Assembly: GCA_051362555.1 (NCBI GenBank)
Contig: CM120646.1
Span: 10,664,001 to 10,728,000 of the forward strand
DNA length: 64,000 bases
Direction: 5' to 3'
Source of the DNA: Lingula anatina
Lineage: Eukaryota; Animalia; Brachiopoda
Below, piece after piece: positions 11,795 through 26,566 of the stretch (position 1 is its first letter; every line of letters begins with the position of its first letter). The translations under genes were made by a program, and so were the position numbers. The notes beneath the pieces are model-generated. The model searched no databases. It saw only the letters and a program-made list of their open reading frames with translations, and was not told where the DNA came from.

Positions 11795-12904
11795 GTAATT
11801 TGCAACCTCGTACACAAACAAACTCAAATCACCACATTTGCTGTTTTCTTTATTGGTAAACAATACATTGCAATATTGAAATATTTTTTGGTTAATTCTC
11901 ACTCTTCTGATTATCAAATTTCAATAAACTTGACATTAAAAAAAACACAGATAACTGATCAGCTTATCACTGATTTTTATTGCTGTTAAGCATCATTTGT
12001 GAAAATTTCAGAAATGCTGGACAAGATTTGACAAAATTATTAACGTTTAACTATTTTAAGTCATGGTACTTGTCAGACTTTTTAATGTAATTTTCAGTTT
12101 TTCTCAATATATTGTCCGAAGAAGAAACTTTCTATTAGACACAGTCAACTGATCAGCTTATCACAGATTTTTATTGTTGTTAAGCATGATTTGTACAAAT
12201 TTCAGAAATATTGGACAAGATTTGACAAAATTATTAACGTTTAACTATTTTAAGTCTTGGGATTTGCCTGTCTTTTCATTTTAATTTTGAGATTTTTCAA
12301 ATATATTTTCCAAAGAAGACACTTTCTATTGGACACAGTCAACTGATCAGCTTATCACAGATTTTTATTGTTGTTAAGCATCTTTTGTACCAATTTCAGA
12401 AGTATTGGACAAGATTTGACAAAATTATTAACGTTTAACTATTTTAAGTCTAGGGATTTGCCAGTCTTTTTAATGTAATTTTCAGTTTTCCCAAATATAT
12501 TGTCCTAAGAAAATACTTTTCATTAGACACAGTCAACTGATCAGCTCATCACAGATTTTTATTGTTGTTAAGCATGATTTGTACGAATATCAGAATTATT
12601 GGACAAGATTTGTCAAAATTATTAACATTTAACTATTTTAAGCTATGGAATTTGCCTGTCTTTTCGTTGTAATTTTGAGTTTTTCTAAATATATTTTCCA
12701 AAGAAGACACTTTTTATTATACACAGTCAACTGATCAGCTTATCACAGATTTTTATTGTTGTTAAGCATTTTTTGTACCAATTTCAAAAATGTTGGACAA
12801 GATTTGACAAAATTATTAACGTTTACCTTTTTTAAGTTTTGGGATTTGCCAGTCTTTTCAATGTGATTTTCATTCTTTTTTCAGTTATATTGTTCTTTTT
12901 CCAG

Positions 12905-13133
12905 AGTACCCTTATCATGAAAAAGCAGACAGTGAAAGACGGAATCAAGAGCAGCACCATGTCTTGTCCATGTGTACAATACATGATATGAAGCAAGATT
13001 TAGTGCATTGTCAAGTATTGTGGTAGCAGCAACCCATTCCAGAAACCCATTGTAAGGGGGAATCTGCATCTGGCATTGATAGTAAGGAGAAGTCCTGTAT
13101 GGGTATATATTGTTTTCCAGATGACAGTTCTAG
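12905..13133 (+). repeat. Cassette 10 core (type B)
   Basis: Type B markers; shares the AAGGGGG variant with cassette 6. Confidence 0.85.
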
Positions 13134-14046
13134 GTAATTTGCAACCTCGCACACAAACAAACTCAAATCACCACATTTGCTGTTTTCTTTATTGGTAAAC
13201 AATACATTGCAATATTGAAATATTTTTTGGTTAATTCTCACTCTTCTGATTATCAAATTTCAATAAACTTGACATTAAAAAAAACACAGATAACTGATCA
13301 GCTTATCACTGATTTTTATTGCTGTTAAGCATCATTTGTGAAAATTTCAGAAACACTGGACAAGATTTGACAAAATTATTAGCGTTTAACTATTTTGTCC
13401 TGGGATTTGCCAGTCTTTTCAATGTAACTTTCAATTTTCCCAAATATATTGTCCAAAGAAAATACTTCTCATTAGACACAGTCAACTGATCACCTTATCA
13501 CAGATTTTTATTGTTGTTAAGCATGATTTGTACGAATATCAGAATTATTGGACAAGGTTTGACATAATTATTAATGTTTAACTATTTTAAGTCTAGGGAT
13601 TTGCCAGTCTTTTTAATGTCATTTTGAGTTTTCCCAAATATATTTTCCAAAGAAGACACTTTTTTTTGGCACAGTCAACTGATCAGCTTATCACAGATTT
13701 TTATTGTTGTTAAGCATCTTTTGTACCAATTTCAGAAATATTGGACAAGATTTGACAAAATTATTAACGTTTAACTTTTTTAAGTCTAGGGATTTGACAG
13801 TCTTTTTAATGTAATTTTCAGTTTTCTCAAATATATTGTCCAAAGAAAATACTTTTCATTAGACACAGTCAACTGATCAGCTTATCACAGATTTTTATTG
13901 TTGTTAAGCATCTTTTGTACCAATTTCAAAAATGTTGGACAAGATTTGACAAAATTATTAACGTTAAACTATTTTTAGTTTTGGGATTTTCCAGTCTTTT
14001 CAATGTGATTTTCATCCTTTTTTCAGTTATATTGTTCTTTTTCCAG

Positions 14047-14278
14047 AGTACCCTTACCATGAAAAAGCAGACAGTGAAAGATGAGATCAAGAGCAGCACC
14101 ATGTCTTGTCCATGTGTACAATACATGATATGAAGCAAGATTTAGGGCATTGTCAAGTACTATTGTGCTAACAGCAACCCATTCCAGAAACCCATTGTAA
14201 GGAGGAATCTGCATCTGGCATTGATAGTAAGGAGAAGTCTTGTATGGGTATATATTGTTTTCCAGATGACAGTTCTAG
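14047..14278 (+). repeat. Cassette 11 core (type A)
   Basis: Type A markers. Confidence 0.85.
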
Positions 14279-15774
14279 GTAATTTGCAACCTCGTACACA
14301 AACAAACTCCAATCACCAAATGTGCTGTTTTCTTTATTGGTAAACAATACATTGCAATATTGAAATATTTTTTGGTTAATTCTCACTTTTCTGATTATCA
14401 ATTTTCAATAAACTTGACATTAAAAAAAAACACAGATAACTGATCAGCTTATTACTGATTTTTATTGCTGTTAAGCATCATTTGTGAAAATTTCAGAAAC
14501 GCTGGACAAGATTTGACAAAATTATTATTGTTTAACTATTTTAAGTCATGGTATTTGTCAGTCTTTTTAATGTAATTTTCAGTTTTCTCAATATATTGTC
14601 CGAAGAAAATACTTTTCATTAGACACAGTCAACTGATCAGCTTATCACAGATTTTTATTGTTGTTAAGCATCATTTGTACAAATTTCAGAAATATTGGAC
14701 AAGATTTGACAAAATTATTAACGTTTAACTATTTAAAGTCATGGAATTTGCCAGTCTTTTTAATGTAATTTTCAGTTTTCCCAAATATATTGTCCAAAGA
14801 AAATACTTTTCATTAGACACAGTCAACTGATCAGCTCATCACAGATTTTTATTGTTGTTAAGCATGACTTGTACGAATATCAGAAATATTGGACAAGATT
14901 TGACAAAATTATTAATGTTTAACTATTTTAAGTCTAGGGATTTGCCAGTCTTTTTAATGTCATTTTGAGTTTTCCCAAATATATTTTCCAAAGAAGAAAC
15001 TTTCTATTAGACACAGTCAACTGATCAGCTTATCACAGATTTTTATTGCTGTTCAGCATCTTTTGTACCAATTTCAGAAATATTGGACAAGATTTGACAA
15101 ATTTATTAACGTTTAACTATTTTAAGTCTAGGGATTTGCCATTCTTTTTAATATAATTTTCAGTTTTCCCAAATATATTTTCCAAAGAAAATACTTCTCA
15201 TTAGACACAGTCAACTGATCAGCTTATCACAGATTTTTGTTGTTGTTAAGCATCTTTTGTACAAATTTCAGAAATATTGGACAAGATTTGACAAAATTAT
15301 TAACGTTTAACTATTTTGTCCTGGGATTTGCCAGTCTTTTCAATGTAACTTTAAATTTTCCTAAATATATTGTCCAAAGAAAATACTTCTCATTAGACAC
15401 AGTCAACTGATCAGCTTATCACAGATTTTTATTGTTGTTAAGCATGATTTGTACAAATATCAGAATTATTGGACAAGATTTGTCAAAATTATTAACATTT
15501 AACTATTTTAAGCCATGGAATTTGCCTGTCTTTTCGTTGTAATTTTGAGTTTTTCTAAATATATTTTCCAAAGAAGACACTTTTTATTATACACAGTCGA
15601 CTGATCAGCTTATCACAGATTTTTATTGTTGTTTAGCATTTTTTGTACCAATTTCAAAAATGTTGGACAAGATTTGACAAAATTATTAACATTTAACTTT
15701 TTTAAGTTTTGGGATTTGCCAGTCTTTTCAATGTGATTTTCATTCTTTTTTCAGTTATATTGTTCTTTTTCCAG

Positions 15775-16003
15775 AGTACCCTTATCATGAAAAAGCAGAC
15801 AGTGAAAGACGGGATCAAGAGCAGCACCATGTCTTGTCCATGTGTACAATACATGATATGAAGCAAGATTTAGTGCATTGTCAAGTATTGTGGTAGCAGC
15901 AACCCATTCCAGAAACCCATTGTAAGGAGGAATCTGCATCTGGCATTGATAGTAAGGAGAAGTCCTGTATGGGTATATATTGTTTTCCAGATGACAGTTC
16001 TAG
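15775..16003 (+). repeat. Cassette 12 core (type B)
   Basis: Type B markers. Confidence 0.85.
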
Positions 16004-16586
16004 GTAATTTGCAACCTCGTACACAAACAAACTCAAATCACCACATTTGCTGTTTTCTTTATTGGTAAACAATACATTGCAATATTGAAATATTTTTTGG
16101 TTAATTCTCACTCTTCTGATTATCAAATTTCAATAAACTTGACATTAAAAAAAAACACAGATAACTGATCAGCTTATCACTGATTTTTATTGCTGTTAAG
16201 CATCATTTGTGAAAATTTCAGAAATGCTGGACAAGATTTGACAAAATTATTAACGTTTAACTATTTTAAGTCATGGTACTTGTTAGACTTTTTAATGTAA
16301 TTTTCAGTTTTTCTCAATATATTGTCCGAAGAAAATACTTTTCATTGGACACAGTCAACTGATCAGCTTATCACAGATTTTTATTGTTGTTAAGCATCAT
16401 TTGTACAAATTTCAGAAATATTGGACAAGATTTGACAAAATTATTAATGTTTAACTATTTTAAGTCTAGGGTTTGGCAGTCTTTTTAATGTCATTTTGAG
16501 TTTTCCCAAATATATTTTCCAAAGAAGAAACTTTCTATTAGACACAGTCAACTGATCAGCTTATCACAGATTTTTATTGTTGTTAA

Positions 16587-17565
16587 GGCCACACTTTTTT
16601 AATTTTATGGATGACATCCTGCGCGCGCACCGATTTTCGCCCGTTATCCGAAAAAAAAAAAAAATCCCCCCCCCCCAGCCCCCAACGAAGTCGGTTGGCG
16701 CAAACGTCGTTATTGAATTTGCCAGGAAATTAGCTTTCTGCGCATGCGTATTATCGCCATGTGGAAATGTGGCCGCTTTGCCGTCAAATTCATCTCTAGG
16801 ATAACTTTCAAATTACACGACAATTAAAGTCATAAAGAGAACGGGTGCCGTCGTTTTGGATTGGTATGCCATTGATATTGGACATGGAGATATCACCTTT
16901 TTACAATTGTGCGAAAGGCTGGCGGCCGCCAGCGATTATCGCCCGAAAAATTTCAGTGACATTCTGTACAAAGCAGCACATAGTCTACCAGGTTTTCTGT
17001 AGCGAAAAAAGGGTCGACAAGGGCGTCGAGGTATTTGGTGGGCTGAAGGTCGGACAGGCCACCTGACAGTTTGGCCGTGTGAGTCAAAGTAGACAAAATG
17101 GCATCGTCCGAAATGACCTTTGATAGATTTGGTAGTATTAAGCATATCTTTGCATCATTTTTTTAAACATTTCTGTGAAGTGTTTAAAATGCTTTAATAT
17201 TCTGAGAATACGAATAAAGACACACTGTTTGTTTGATATTTGTTTTATTGATTGCTACACCAACAAAATGCATGAAATAACCTTAATAGATTTTGTAATA
17301 AAAAGTATATCTATTCATGACTTTTTTTTACATTTCTACGAAGTATTCACAATGCTTTAATATTTTGAGAGCATGGATAAAGACATATTGTTAGTTTGAT
17401 ACGTGTTTCTGTGGTAAAATTTGTGTTTCCAGCTGTGTACTGACAGCATTCCTTTACTTAAGCAGTATTTTTTTTTTTTTTTGGACCATTTTTTTTTTTT
17501 CGCCCTCTCGCACCGATTTTGGGGTACCCAGAGGATGTCATCCATAAAAATAAAAAAGTGTGGCC
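16587..17565. mobile_element. Non-autonomous DNA transposon (MITE), probably PIF/Harbinger superfamily, copy 1 (979 bp)
   Basis: 34-bp TIRs with one mismatch: GGCCACACTTTTTTAATTTTATGGATGACATCCT ... AGGATGTCATCCATAAAAATAAAAAAGTGTGGCC. TAA lies on both sides, and TWA targets with GG..CC ends are typical of PIF/Harbinger. CGCACCGATTTT occurs subterminally at both ends. No transposase ORF. Confidence 0.88.
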
Positions 17566-19062
17566 TAATGTTTAACTATTTTAAGTCTAGGGATTTGCCA
17601 GTCTTTTTAATGTCATTTTGAGTTTTCCCAAATATATTTTCCAAAGAAGACACTTTTTTTTGGCACAGTCAACTGATCAGCTTATCACAGATTTTTATTG
17701 TTGTTTAGCATTTTTTGTACCAATTTCAAAAATGTTGGACAAGATTTGACAAAATTATTAACGTTTAACTATTTTAAGTCTAGGCAAGTCTTGGACAAGA
17801 TTTGACAAAATTATTAACGTTTAACTATTTTAAGTCTAGGCATTTGCCAGTCTTTTTAATGTCATTTTGAGTTTTCCCAAATATATTTTCCAAAGAAGAC
17901 ACTTTTTTTTTGACACAGTCAACTGATCAGCTTATCACAGATTTTTATTGTTGTTAAGCATCATTTGTACAAATTTCAGAAATATTGGACAAGATTTGAC
18001 AAAATTATTAATGTTTAACTATTTTAAGTCTAGGGATTTGCCAGTCTTTTTAATGTCATTTTGAGTTTTCCCAAATATATTTTCCAAAGAAGAAACTTTC
18101 TATTAGACACAGTCAACTGATCAGCTTATCACAGATTTTTATTGCTGTTAAGCATCTTTTGTACCAATTTCAGAAATATTGGACAAGATTTGACAAAATT
18201 ATTAACGTTTAACTATTTTGTCCTGGGATTTGCCAGTCTTTTCAATGTAACTTTCAATTTTCCCAAATATATTGTCCAAAGAAAATACTTCTCATTAGAC
18301 ACAGTCAACTGATCAGCTTATCACAGATTTTTATTGTTGTTAAGCATCATTTGTACAAATTTCAGAAATATTGGACAAGATTTGACAAAATTATTAACGT
18401 TTAACTATTTTGTCCTGGGATTTGCCAGTCTTTTCAATGTAACTTTCAATTTTCCCAAATATATTGTCCAAAGAAAATACTTCTCATTAGACACAGTCAA
18501 CTGATCAGCTTATCACAGATTTTTATTGTTGTTAAGCATGATTTGTACGAATATCAGAATTATTGGACAAGATTTGTCAAAATTATTAACATTTAACTAT
18601 TTTAAGCCATGGAATTTGCCTGTCTTTTTGTTGTAATTTTGAGTTTTCCTAAATATATTTTCCAAAGAAGACACTTTCTATTATACACAGTCAACTGATC
18701 AGCTTATCACAGATTTTAATTGTTGTTAAGCATCTTTTATACCAATTTCGGAAATATTGGACAAGATTTGACAAAATTATTAACGTTTAACTTTTTTAAG
18801 TCTAGGGATTTGACAGTCTTTTTAATGTAATTTTCAGTTTTCTCAAATATATTGTCCAAAGAAAATACTTTTCATTAGACACAGTCAACTGATCAGCTTA
18901 TCACAGATTTTTATTGTTGTTAAGCATCTTTTGTACCAATTTCAAAAATGTTGGACAAGATTTGACAAAATTATTAACGTTAAACTATTTTTAGTTTTGG
19001 GATTTTCCAGTCTTTTCAATGTGATTTTCATCCTTTTTTCAGTTATATTGTTCTTTTTCCAG

Positions 19063-19294
19063 AGTACCCTTACCATGAAAAAGCAGACAGTGAAAGATGA
19101 GATCAAGAGCAGCACCATGTCTTGTCCATGTGTACAATACATGATATGAAGCAAGATTTAGGGCATTGTCAAGTACTATTGTGCTAACAGCAACCCATTC
19201 CAGAAACCCATTGTAAGGAGGAATCTGCATCTGGCATTGATAGTAAGGAGAAGTCTTGTATGGGTATATATTGTTTTCCAGATGACAGTTCTAG
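19063..19294 (+). repeat. Cassette 13 core (type A)
   Basis: Copy of cassette 11 at offset 5016. Confidence 0.85.
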
Positions 19295-20790
19295 GTAATT
19301 TGCAACCTCGTACACAAACAAACTCCAATCACCAAATGTGCTGTTTTCTTTATTGGTAAACAATACATTGCAATATTGAAATATTTTTTGGTTAATTCTC
19401 ACTTTTCTGATTATCAATTTTCAATAAACTTGACATTAAAAAAAAACACAGATAACTGATCAGCTTATTACTGATTTTTATTGCTGTTAAGCATCATTTG
19501 TGAAAATTTCAGAAACGCTGGACAGGATTTGACAAAATTATTATTGTTTAACTATTTTAAGTCATGGTATTTGTCAGTCTTTTTAATGTAATTTTCAGTT
19601 TTCTCAATATATTGTCCGAAGAAAATACTTTTCATTAGACACAGTCAACTGATCAGCTTATCACAGATTTTTATTGTTGTTAAGCATCATTTGTACAAAT
19701 TTCAGAAATATTGGACAAGATTTGACAAAATTATTAACGTTTAACTATTTAAAGTCATGGAATTTGCCAGTCTTTTTAATGTAATTTTCAGTTTTCCCAA
19801 ATATATTGTCCAAAGAAAATACTTTTCATTAGACACAGTCAACTGATCAGCTCATCACAGATTTTTATTGTTGTTAAGCATGACTTGTACGAATATCAGA
19901 AATATTGGACAAGATTTGACAAAATTATTAATGTTTAACTATTTTAAGTCTAGGGATTTGCCAGTCTTTTTAATGTCATTTTGAGTTTTCCCAAATATAT
20001 TTTCCAAAGAAGAAAATTTCTATTAGACACAGTCAACTGATCAGCTTATCACAGATTTTTATTGCTGTTAAGCATCTTTTGTACCAATTTCAGAAATATT
20101 GGACAAGATTTGACAAATTTATTAACGTTTAACTATTTTAAGTCTAGGGATTTGCCATTCTTTTTAATATAATTTTCAGTTTTCCCAAATATATTTTCCA
20201 AAGAAAATACTTCTCATTAGACACAGTCAACTGATCAGCTTATCACAGATTTTTGTTGTTGTTAAGCATCTTTTGTACAAATTTCAGAAATATTGGACAA
20301 GATTTGACAAAATTATTAACGTTTAACTATTTTGTCCTGGGATTTGCCAGTCTTTTCAATGTAACTTTAAATTTTCCTAAATATATTGTCCAAAGAAAAT
20401 ACTTCTCATTAGACACAGTCAACTGATCAGCTTATCACAGATTTTTATTGTTGTTAAGCATGATTTGTACGAATATCAGAATTATTGGACAAGATTTGTC
20501 AAAATTATTAACATTTAACTATTTTAAGCCATGGAATTTGCCTGTCTTTTCGTTGTAATTTTGAGTTTTTCTAAATATATTTTCCAAAGAAGACACTTTT
20601 TATTATACACAGTCGACTGATCAGCTTATCACAGATTTTTATTGTTGTTTAGCATTTTTTGTACCAATTTCAAAAATGTTGGACAAGATTTGACAAAATT
20701 ATTAACATTTAACTTTTTTAAGTTTTGGGATTTGCCAGTCTTTTCAATGTGATTTTCATTCTTTTTTCAGTTATATTGTTCTTTTTCCAG

Positions 20791-21019
20791 AGTACCCTTA
20801 TCATGAAAAAGCAGACAGTGAAAGACGGGATCAAGAGCAGCACCATGTCTTGTCCATGTGTACAATACATGATATGAAGCAAGATTTAGTGCATTGTCAA
20901 GTATTGTGGTAGCAGCAACCCATTCCAGAAACCCATTGTAAGGAGGAATCTGCATCTGGCATTGATAGTAAGGAGAAGTCCTGTATGGGTATATATTGTT
21001 TTCCAGATGACAGTTCTAG
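20791..21019 (+). repeat. Cassette 14 core (type B)
   Basis: Type B markers. Confidence 0.85.
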
Positions 21020-22130
21020 GTAATTTGCAACCTCGTACACAAACAAACTCAAATCACCACATTTGCTGTTTTCTTTATTGGTAAACAATACATTGCAATA
21101 TTGAAATATTTTTTGGTTAATTCTCACTCTTCTGATTATCAAATTTCAATAAACTTGACATTAAAAAAAAACACAGATAACTGATCAGCTTATCACTGAT
21201 TTTTATTGCTGTTAAGCATCATTTGTGAAAATTTCAGAAATGCTGGACAAGATTTGACAAAATTATTAACGTTTAACTATTTTAAGTCATGGTACTTGTT
21301 AGACTTTTTAATGTAATTTTCAGTTTTTCTCAATATATTGTCCGAAGAAAATACTTTTCATTGGACACAGTCAACTGATCAGCTTATCACAGATTTTTAT
21401 TGTTGTTAAGCATCATTTGTACAAATTTCAGAAATATTGGACAAGATTTGACAAAATTATTAACGTTTAACTATTTTAAGTCTTGGGATTTGCCTGTCTT
21501 TTCGTTTTAATTTTGAGATTTTTCAAATATATTTTCCAAAGAAGACACTTTCTATTAGACACAGTCAACTGATCAGCTTATCACAGATTTTTATTGTTGT
21601 TAAGCATCTTTTGTACCAATTTCAGAAGTATTTGACAAGATTTGACAAAATTATTAACGTTTAACTATTTTAAGTCTAGGGATTTGCCAGTCTTTTTAAT
21701 GTAATTTTCAGTTTTCCCAAATATATTGTCCTAAGAAAATACTTTTCATTAGACACAGTCAACTGATCAGCTCATCACAGATTTTTATTGTTGTTAAGCA
21801 TGATTTGTACGAATATCAGAATTATTGGACAAGATTTGTCAAAATTATTAACATTTAACTATTTTAAGCTATGGAATTTGCCTGTCTTTTCGTTGTAATT
21901 TTGAGTTTTTCTAAATATATTTTCCAAAGAAGACACTTTTTATTATACACAGTCAACTGATCAGCTTATCACAGATTTTTATTGTTGTTAAGCATTTTTT
22001 GTACCAATTTCAAAAATGTTGGACAAGATTTGACAAAATTATTAACGTTTAACTTTTTTAAGTTTTGGGATTTGCCAGTCTTTTCAATGTGATTTTCATT
22101 CTTTTTTCAGTTATATTGTTCTTTTTCCAG

Positions 22131-22359
22131 AGTACCCTTATCATGAAAAAGCAGACAGTGAAAGACGGGATCAAGAGCAGCACCATGTCTTGTCCATGTG
22201 TACAATACATGATATGAAGCAAGATTTAGTGCATTGTCAAGTATTGTGGTAGCAGCAACCCATTCCAGAAACCCATTGTAAGGAGGAATCTGCATCTGGC
22301 ATTGATAGTAAGGAGAAGTCCTGTATGGGTATATATTGTTTTCCAGATGACAGTTCTAG
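22131..22359 (+). repeat. Cassette 15 core (type B)
   Basis: Type B markers. Confidence 0.85.
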
Positions 22360-22940
22360 GTAATTTGCAACCTCGTACACAAACAATCTCAAATCACCAC
22401 ATTTGCTGTTTTCTTTATTGGTAAACAATACATTGCAATATTGAAATATTTTTTGGTTAATTCTCACTCTTATGATTATCAATTTTCAATAAACTTGACA
22501 CTAAAAAAAACACAGATAACTGATCAGCTTATCACAGATTTTTGTTGTTGTTAAGCATCATTTGTGAAAATTTCACAAACGCTGGACAAGATTTAAAAAA
22601 ATTATTAACGTTTAACTTTTTTAAGTCATGGAATTTGCCATTCTTTTTAATGTAATTTTCAGTTTTCTCAATATATTGTCCGAAGAAAATACTTTTCATT
22701 AGACACAGTCAACTGATCAGCTTATCACAGATTTTTATTGTTGTTAAGCATCATTTGTACAAATTTCAGAAATATTGGACAAGATTTGACAAAATTATTA
22801 ATGTTTAACTATTTTAAGTCTAGGGTTTGGCAGTCTTTTTAATGTCATTTTGAGTTTTCCCAAATATATTTTCCAAAGAAGAAACTTTCTATTAGACACA
22901 GTCAACTGATCAGCTTATCACAGATTTTTATTGTTGTTAA

Positions 22941-23921
22941 GGCCACACTTTTTTAATTTTATGGATGACATCCTGCGCGCGCACCGATTTTCGCCCGTTA
23001 TCCGAAAAAAAAAAAAAATCCCCCCCCCCCAGCCCCCAACGAAGTCGGTTGGCGCAAACGTCGTTATTGAATTTGCCAGGAAATTAGCTTTCTGCGCATG
23101 CGTATTATCGCCATGTGGAAATGTGGCCGCTTTGCCGTCAAATTCATCTCTAGGATAACTTTCAAATTACACGACAATTAAAGTCATAAAGAGAACGGGT
23201 GCCGTCGTTTTGGATTGGTATGCCATTGATATTGGACATGGAGATATCACCTTTTTACAATTGTGCGAAAGGCTGGCGGCCGCCAGCGATTATCGCCCGA
23301 AAAATTTCAGTGACATTCTGTACAAAGCAGCACATAGTCTACCAGGTTTTCTGTAGCGAAAAAAGGGTCGACAAGGGCGTCGAGGTATTTGGTGGGCTGA
23401 AGGTCGGACAGGCCACCTGACAGTTTGGCCGTGTGAGTCAAAGTAGACAAAATGGCATCGTCCGAAATGACCTTTGATAGATTTGGTAGTATTAAGCATA
23501 TCTTTGCATCATTTTTTTAAACATTTCTGTGAAGTGTTTAAAATGCTTTAATATTCTGAGAATACGAATAAAGACACACTGTTTGTTTGATATTTGTTTT
23601 ATTGATTGCTACACCAACAAAATGCATGAAATAACCTTAATAGATTTTGTAATAAAAAGTATATCTATTCATGACTTTTTTTTACATTTCTACGAAGTAT
23701 TCACAATGCTTTAATATTTTGAGAGCATGGATAAAGACATATTGTTAGTTTGATACGTGTTTCTGTGGTAAAATTTGTGTTTCCAGCTGTGTACTGACAG
23801 CATTCCTTTACTTAAGCAGTATTTTTTTTTTTTTTTTGGACCATTTTTTTTTTTTTCGCCCTCTCGCACCGATTTTGGGGTACCCAGAGGATGTCATCCA
23901 TAAAAATAAAAAAGTGTGGCC
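22941..23921. mobile_element. Harbinger-like MITE, copy 2 (981 bp)
   Basis: Same TIRs and flanking junctions as copy 1; visible differences are in homopolymer lengths. Confidence 0.88.
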
Positions 23922-25226
23922 TAATGTTTAACTATTTTAAGTCTAGGGATTTGCCAGTCTTTTTAATGTCATTTTGAGTTTTCCCAAATATATTTTCCAA
24001 AGAAGACACTTTTTTTTGGCACAGTCAACTGATCAGCTTATCACAGATTTTTATTGTTGTTTAGCATTTTTTGTACCAATTTCAAAAATGTTGGACAAGA
24101 TTTGACAAAATTATTAACGTTTAACTATTTTAAGTCTAGGCAAGTCTTGGACAAGATTTGACAAAATTATTAACGTTTAACTATTTTAAGTCTAGGCATT
24201 TGCCAGTCTTTTTAATGTCATTTTGAGTTTTCCCAAATATATTTTCCAAAGAAGACACTTTTTTTTTGACACAGTCAACTGATCAGCTTATCACAGATTT
24301 TTATTGTTGTTAAGCATCATTTGTACAAATTTCAGAAATATTGGACAAGATTTGACAAAATTATTAATGTTTAACTATTTTAAGTCTAGGGATTTGCCAG
24401 TCTTTTTAATGTCATTTTGAGTTTTCCCAAATATATTTTCCAAAGAAGAAACTTTCTATTAGACACAGTCAACTGATCAGCTTATCACAGATTTTTATTG
24501 CTGTTAAGCATCTTTTGTACCAATTTCAGAAATATTGGACAAGATTTGACAAATTTATTAACGTTTAACTATTTTAAGTCTAGGGATTTGCCATTCTTTT
24601 TAATATAATTTTCAGTTTTCCCAAATATATTTTCCAAAGAAAATACTTCTCATTAGACACAGTCAACTGATCAGCTTATCACAGATTTTTGTTGTTGTTA
24701 AGCATCTTTTGTACAAATTTCAGAAATATTGGACAAGATTTGACAAAATTATTAACGTTTAACTATTTTGTCCTGGGATTTGCCAGTCTTTTCAATGTAA
24801 CTTTAAATTTTCCTAAATATATTGTCCAAAGAAAATACTTCTCATTAGACACAGTCAACTGATCAGCTTATCACAGATTTTTATTGTTGTTAAGCATGAT
24901 TTGTACGAATATCAGAATTATTGGACAAGATTTGTCAAAATTATTAACATTTAACTATTTTAAGCCATGGAATTTGCCTGTCTTTTCGTTGTAATTTTGA
25001 GTTTTTCTAAATATATTTTCCAAAGAAGACACTTTTTATTATACACAGTCGACTGATCAGCTTATCACAGATTTTTATTGTTGTTTAGCATTTTTTGTAC
25101 CAATTTCAAAAATGTTGGACAAGATTTGACAAAATTATTAACATTTAACTTTTTTAAGTTTTGGGATTTGCCAGTCTTTTCAATGTGATTTTCATTCTTT
25201 TTTCAGTTATATTGTTCTTTTTCCAG

Positions 25227-25455
25227 AGTACCCTTATCATGAAAAAGCAGACAGTGAAAGACGGGATCAAGAGCAGCACCATGTCTTGTCCATGTGTACA
25301 ATACATGATATGAAGCAAGATTTAGTGCATTGTCAAGTATTGTGGTAGCAGCAACCCATTCCAGAAACCCATTGTAAGGAGGAATCTGCATCTGGCATTG
25401 ATAGTAAGGAGAAGTCCTGTATGGGTATATATTGTTTTCCAGATGACAGTTCTAG
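25227..25455 (+). repeat. Cassette 16 core (type B)
   Basis: Type B markers. Confidence 0.85.
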
Positions 25456-26566
25456 GTAATTTGCAACCTCGTACACAAACAAACTCAAATCACCACATTT
25501 GCTGTTTTCTTTATTGGTAAACAATACATTGCAATATTGAAATATTTTTTGGTTAATTCTCACTCTTCTGATTATCAAATTTCAATAAACTTGACATTAA
25601 AAAAAAACACAGATAACTGATCAGCTTATCACTGATTTTTATTGCTGTTAAGCATCATTTGTGAAAATTTCAGAAATGCTGGACAAGATTTGACAAAATT
25701 ATTAACGTTTAACTATTTTAAGTCATGGTACTTGTTAGACTTTTTAATGTAATTTTCAGTTTTTCTCAATATATTGTCCGAAGAAAATACTTTTCATTGG
25801 ACACAGTCAACTGATCAGCTTATCACAGATTTTTATTGTTGTTAAGCATCATTTGTACAAATTTCAGAAATATTGGACAAGATTTGACAAAATTATTAAC
25901 GTTTAACTATTTTAAGTCTTGGGATTTGCCTGTCTTTTCGTTTTAATTTTGAGATTTTTCAAATATATTTTCCAAAGAAGACACTTTCTATTAGACACAG
26001 TCAACTGATCAGCTTATCACAGATTTTTATTGTTGTTAAGCATCTTTTGTACCAATTTCAGAAGTATTGGACAAGATTTGACAAAATTATTAACGTTTAA
26101 CTATTTTAAGTCTAGGGATTTGCCAGTCTTTTTAATGTAATTTTCAGTTTTCCCAAATATATTGTCCTAAGAAAATACTTTTCATTAGACACAGTCAACT
26201 GATCAGCTCATCACAGATTTTTATTGTTGTTAAGCATGATTTGTACGAATATCAGAATTATTGGACAAGATTTGTCAAAATTATTAACATTTAACTATTT
26301 TAAGCTATGGAATTTGCCTGTCTTTTCGTTGTAATTTTGCGTTTTTCTAAATATATTTTCCAAAGAAGACACTTTTTATTATACACAGTCAACTGATCAG
26401 CTTATCACAGATTTTTATTGTTGTTAAGCATTTTTTGTACCAATTTCAAAAATGTTGGACAAGATTTGACAAAATTATTAACGTTTAACTTTTTTAAGTT
26501 TTGGGATTTGCCAGTCTTTTCAATGTGATTTTCATTCTTTTTTCAGTTATATTGTTCTTTTTCCAG

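Noticed and set aside
16583-16590. TTAA-targeting element (piggyBac or Kolobok)
   Set aside because: TTAA occurs only on the left side; the right flank is TAAT, and the ends are GGCC rather than piggyBac-type CCC. A TAA (Harbinger) target fits better.
16577-17621. Short ORFs inside the MITE as transposase remnants
   Set aside because: All are 75 aa or shorter, their frames depend on homopolymer length, and no DDE or Myb/SANT motif is recognisable.
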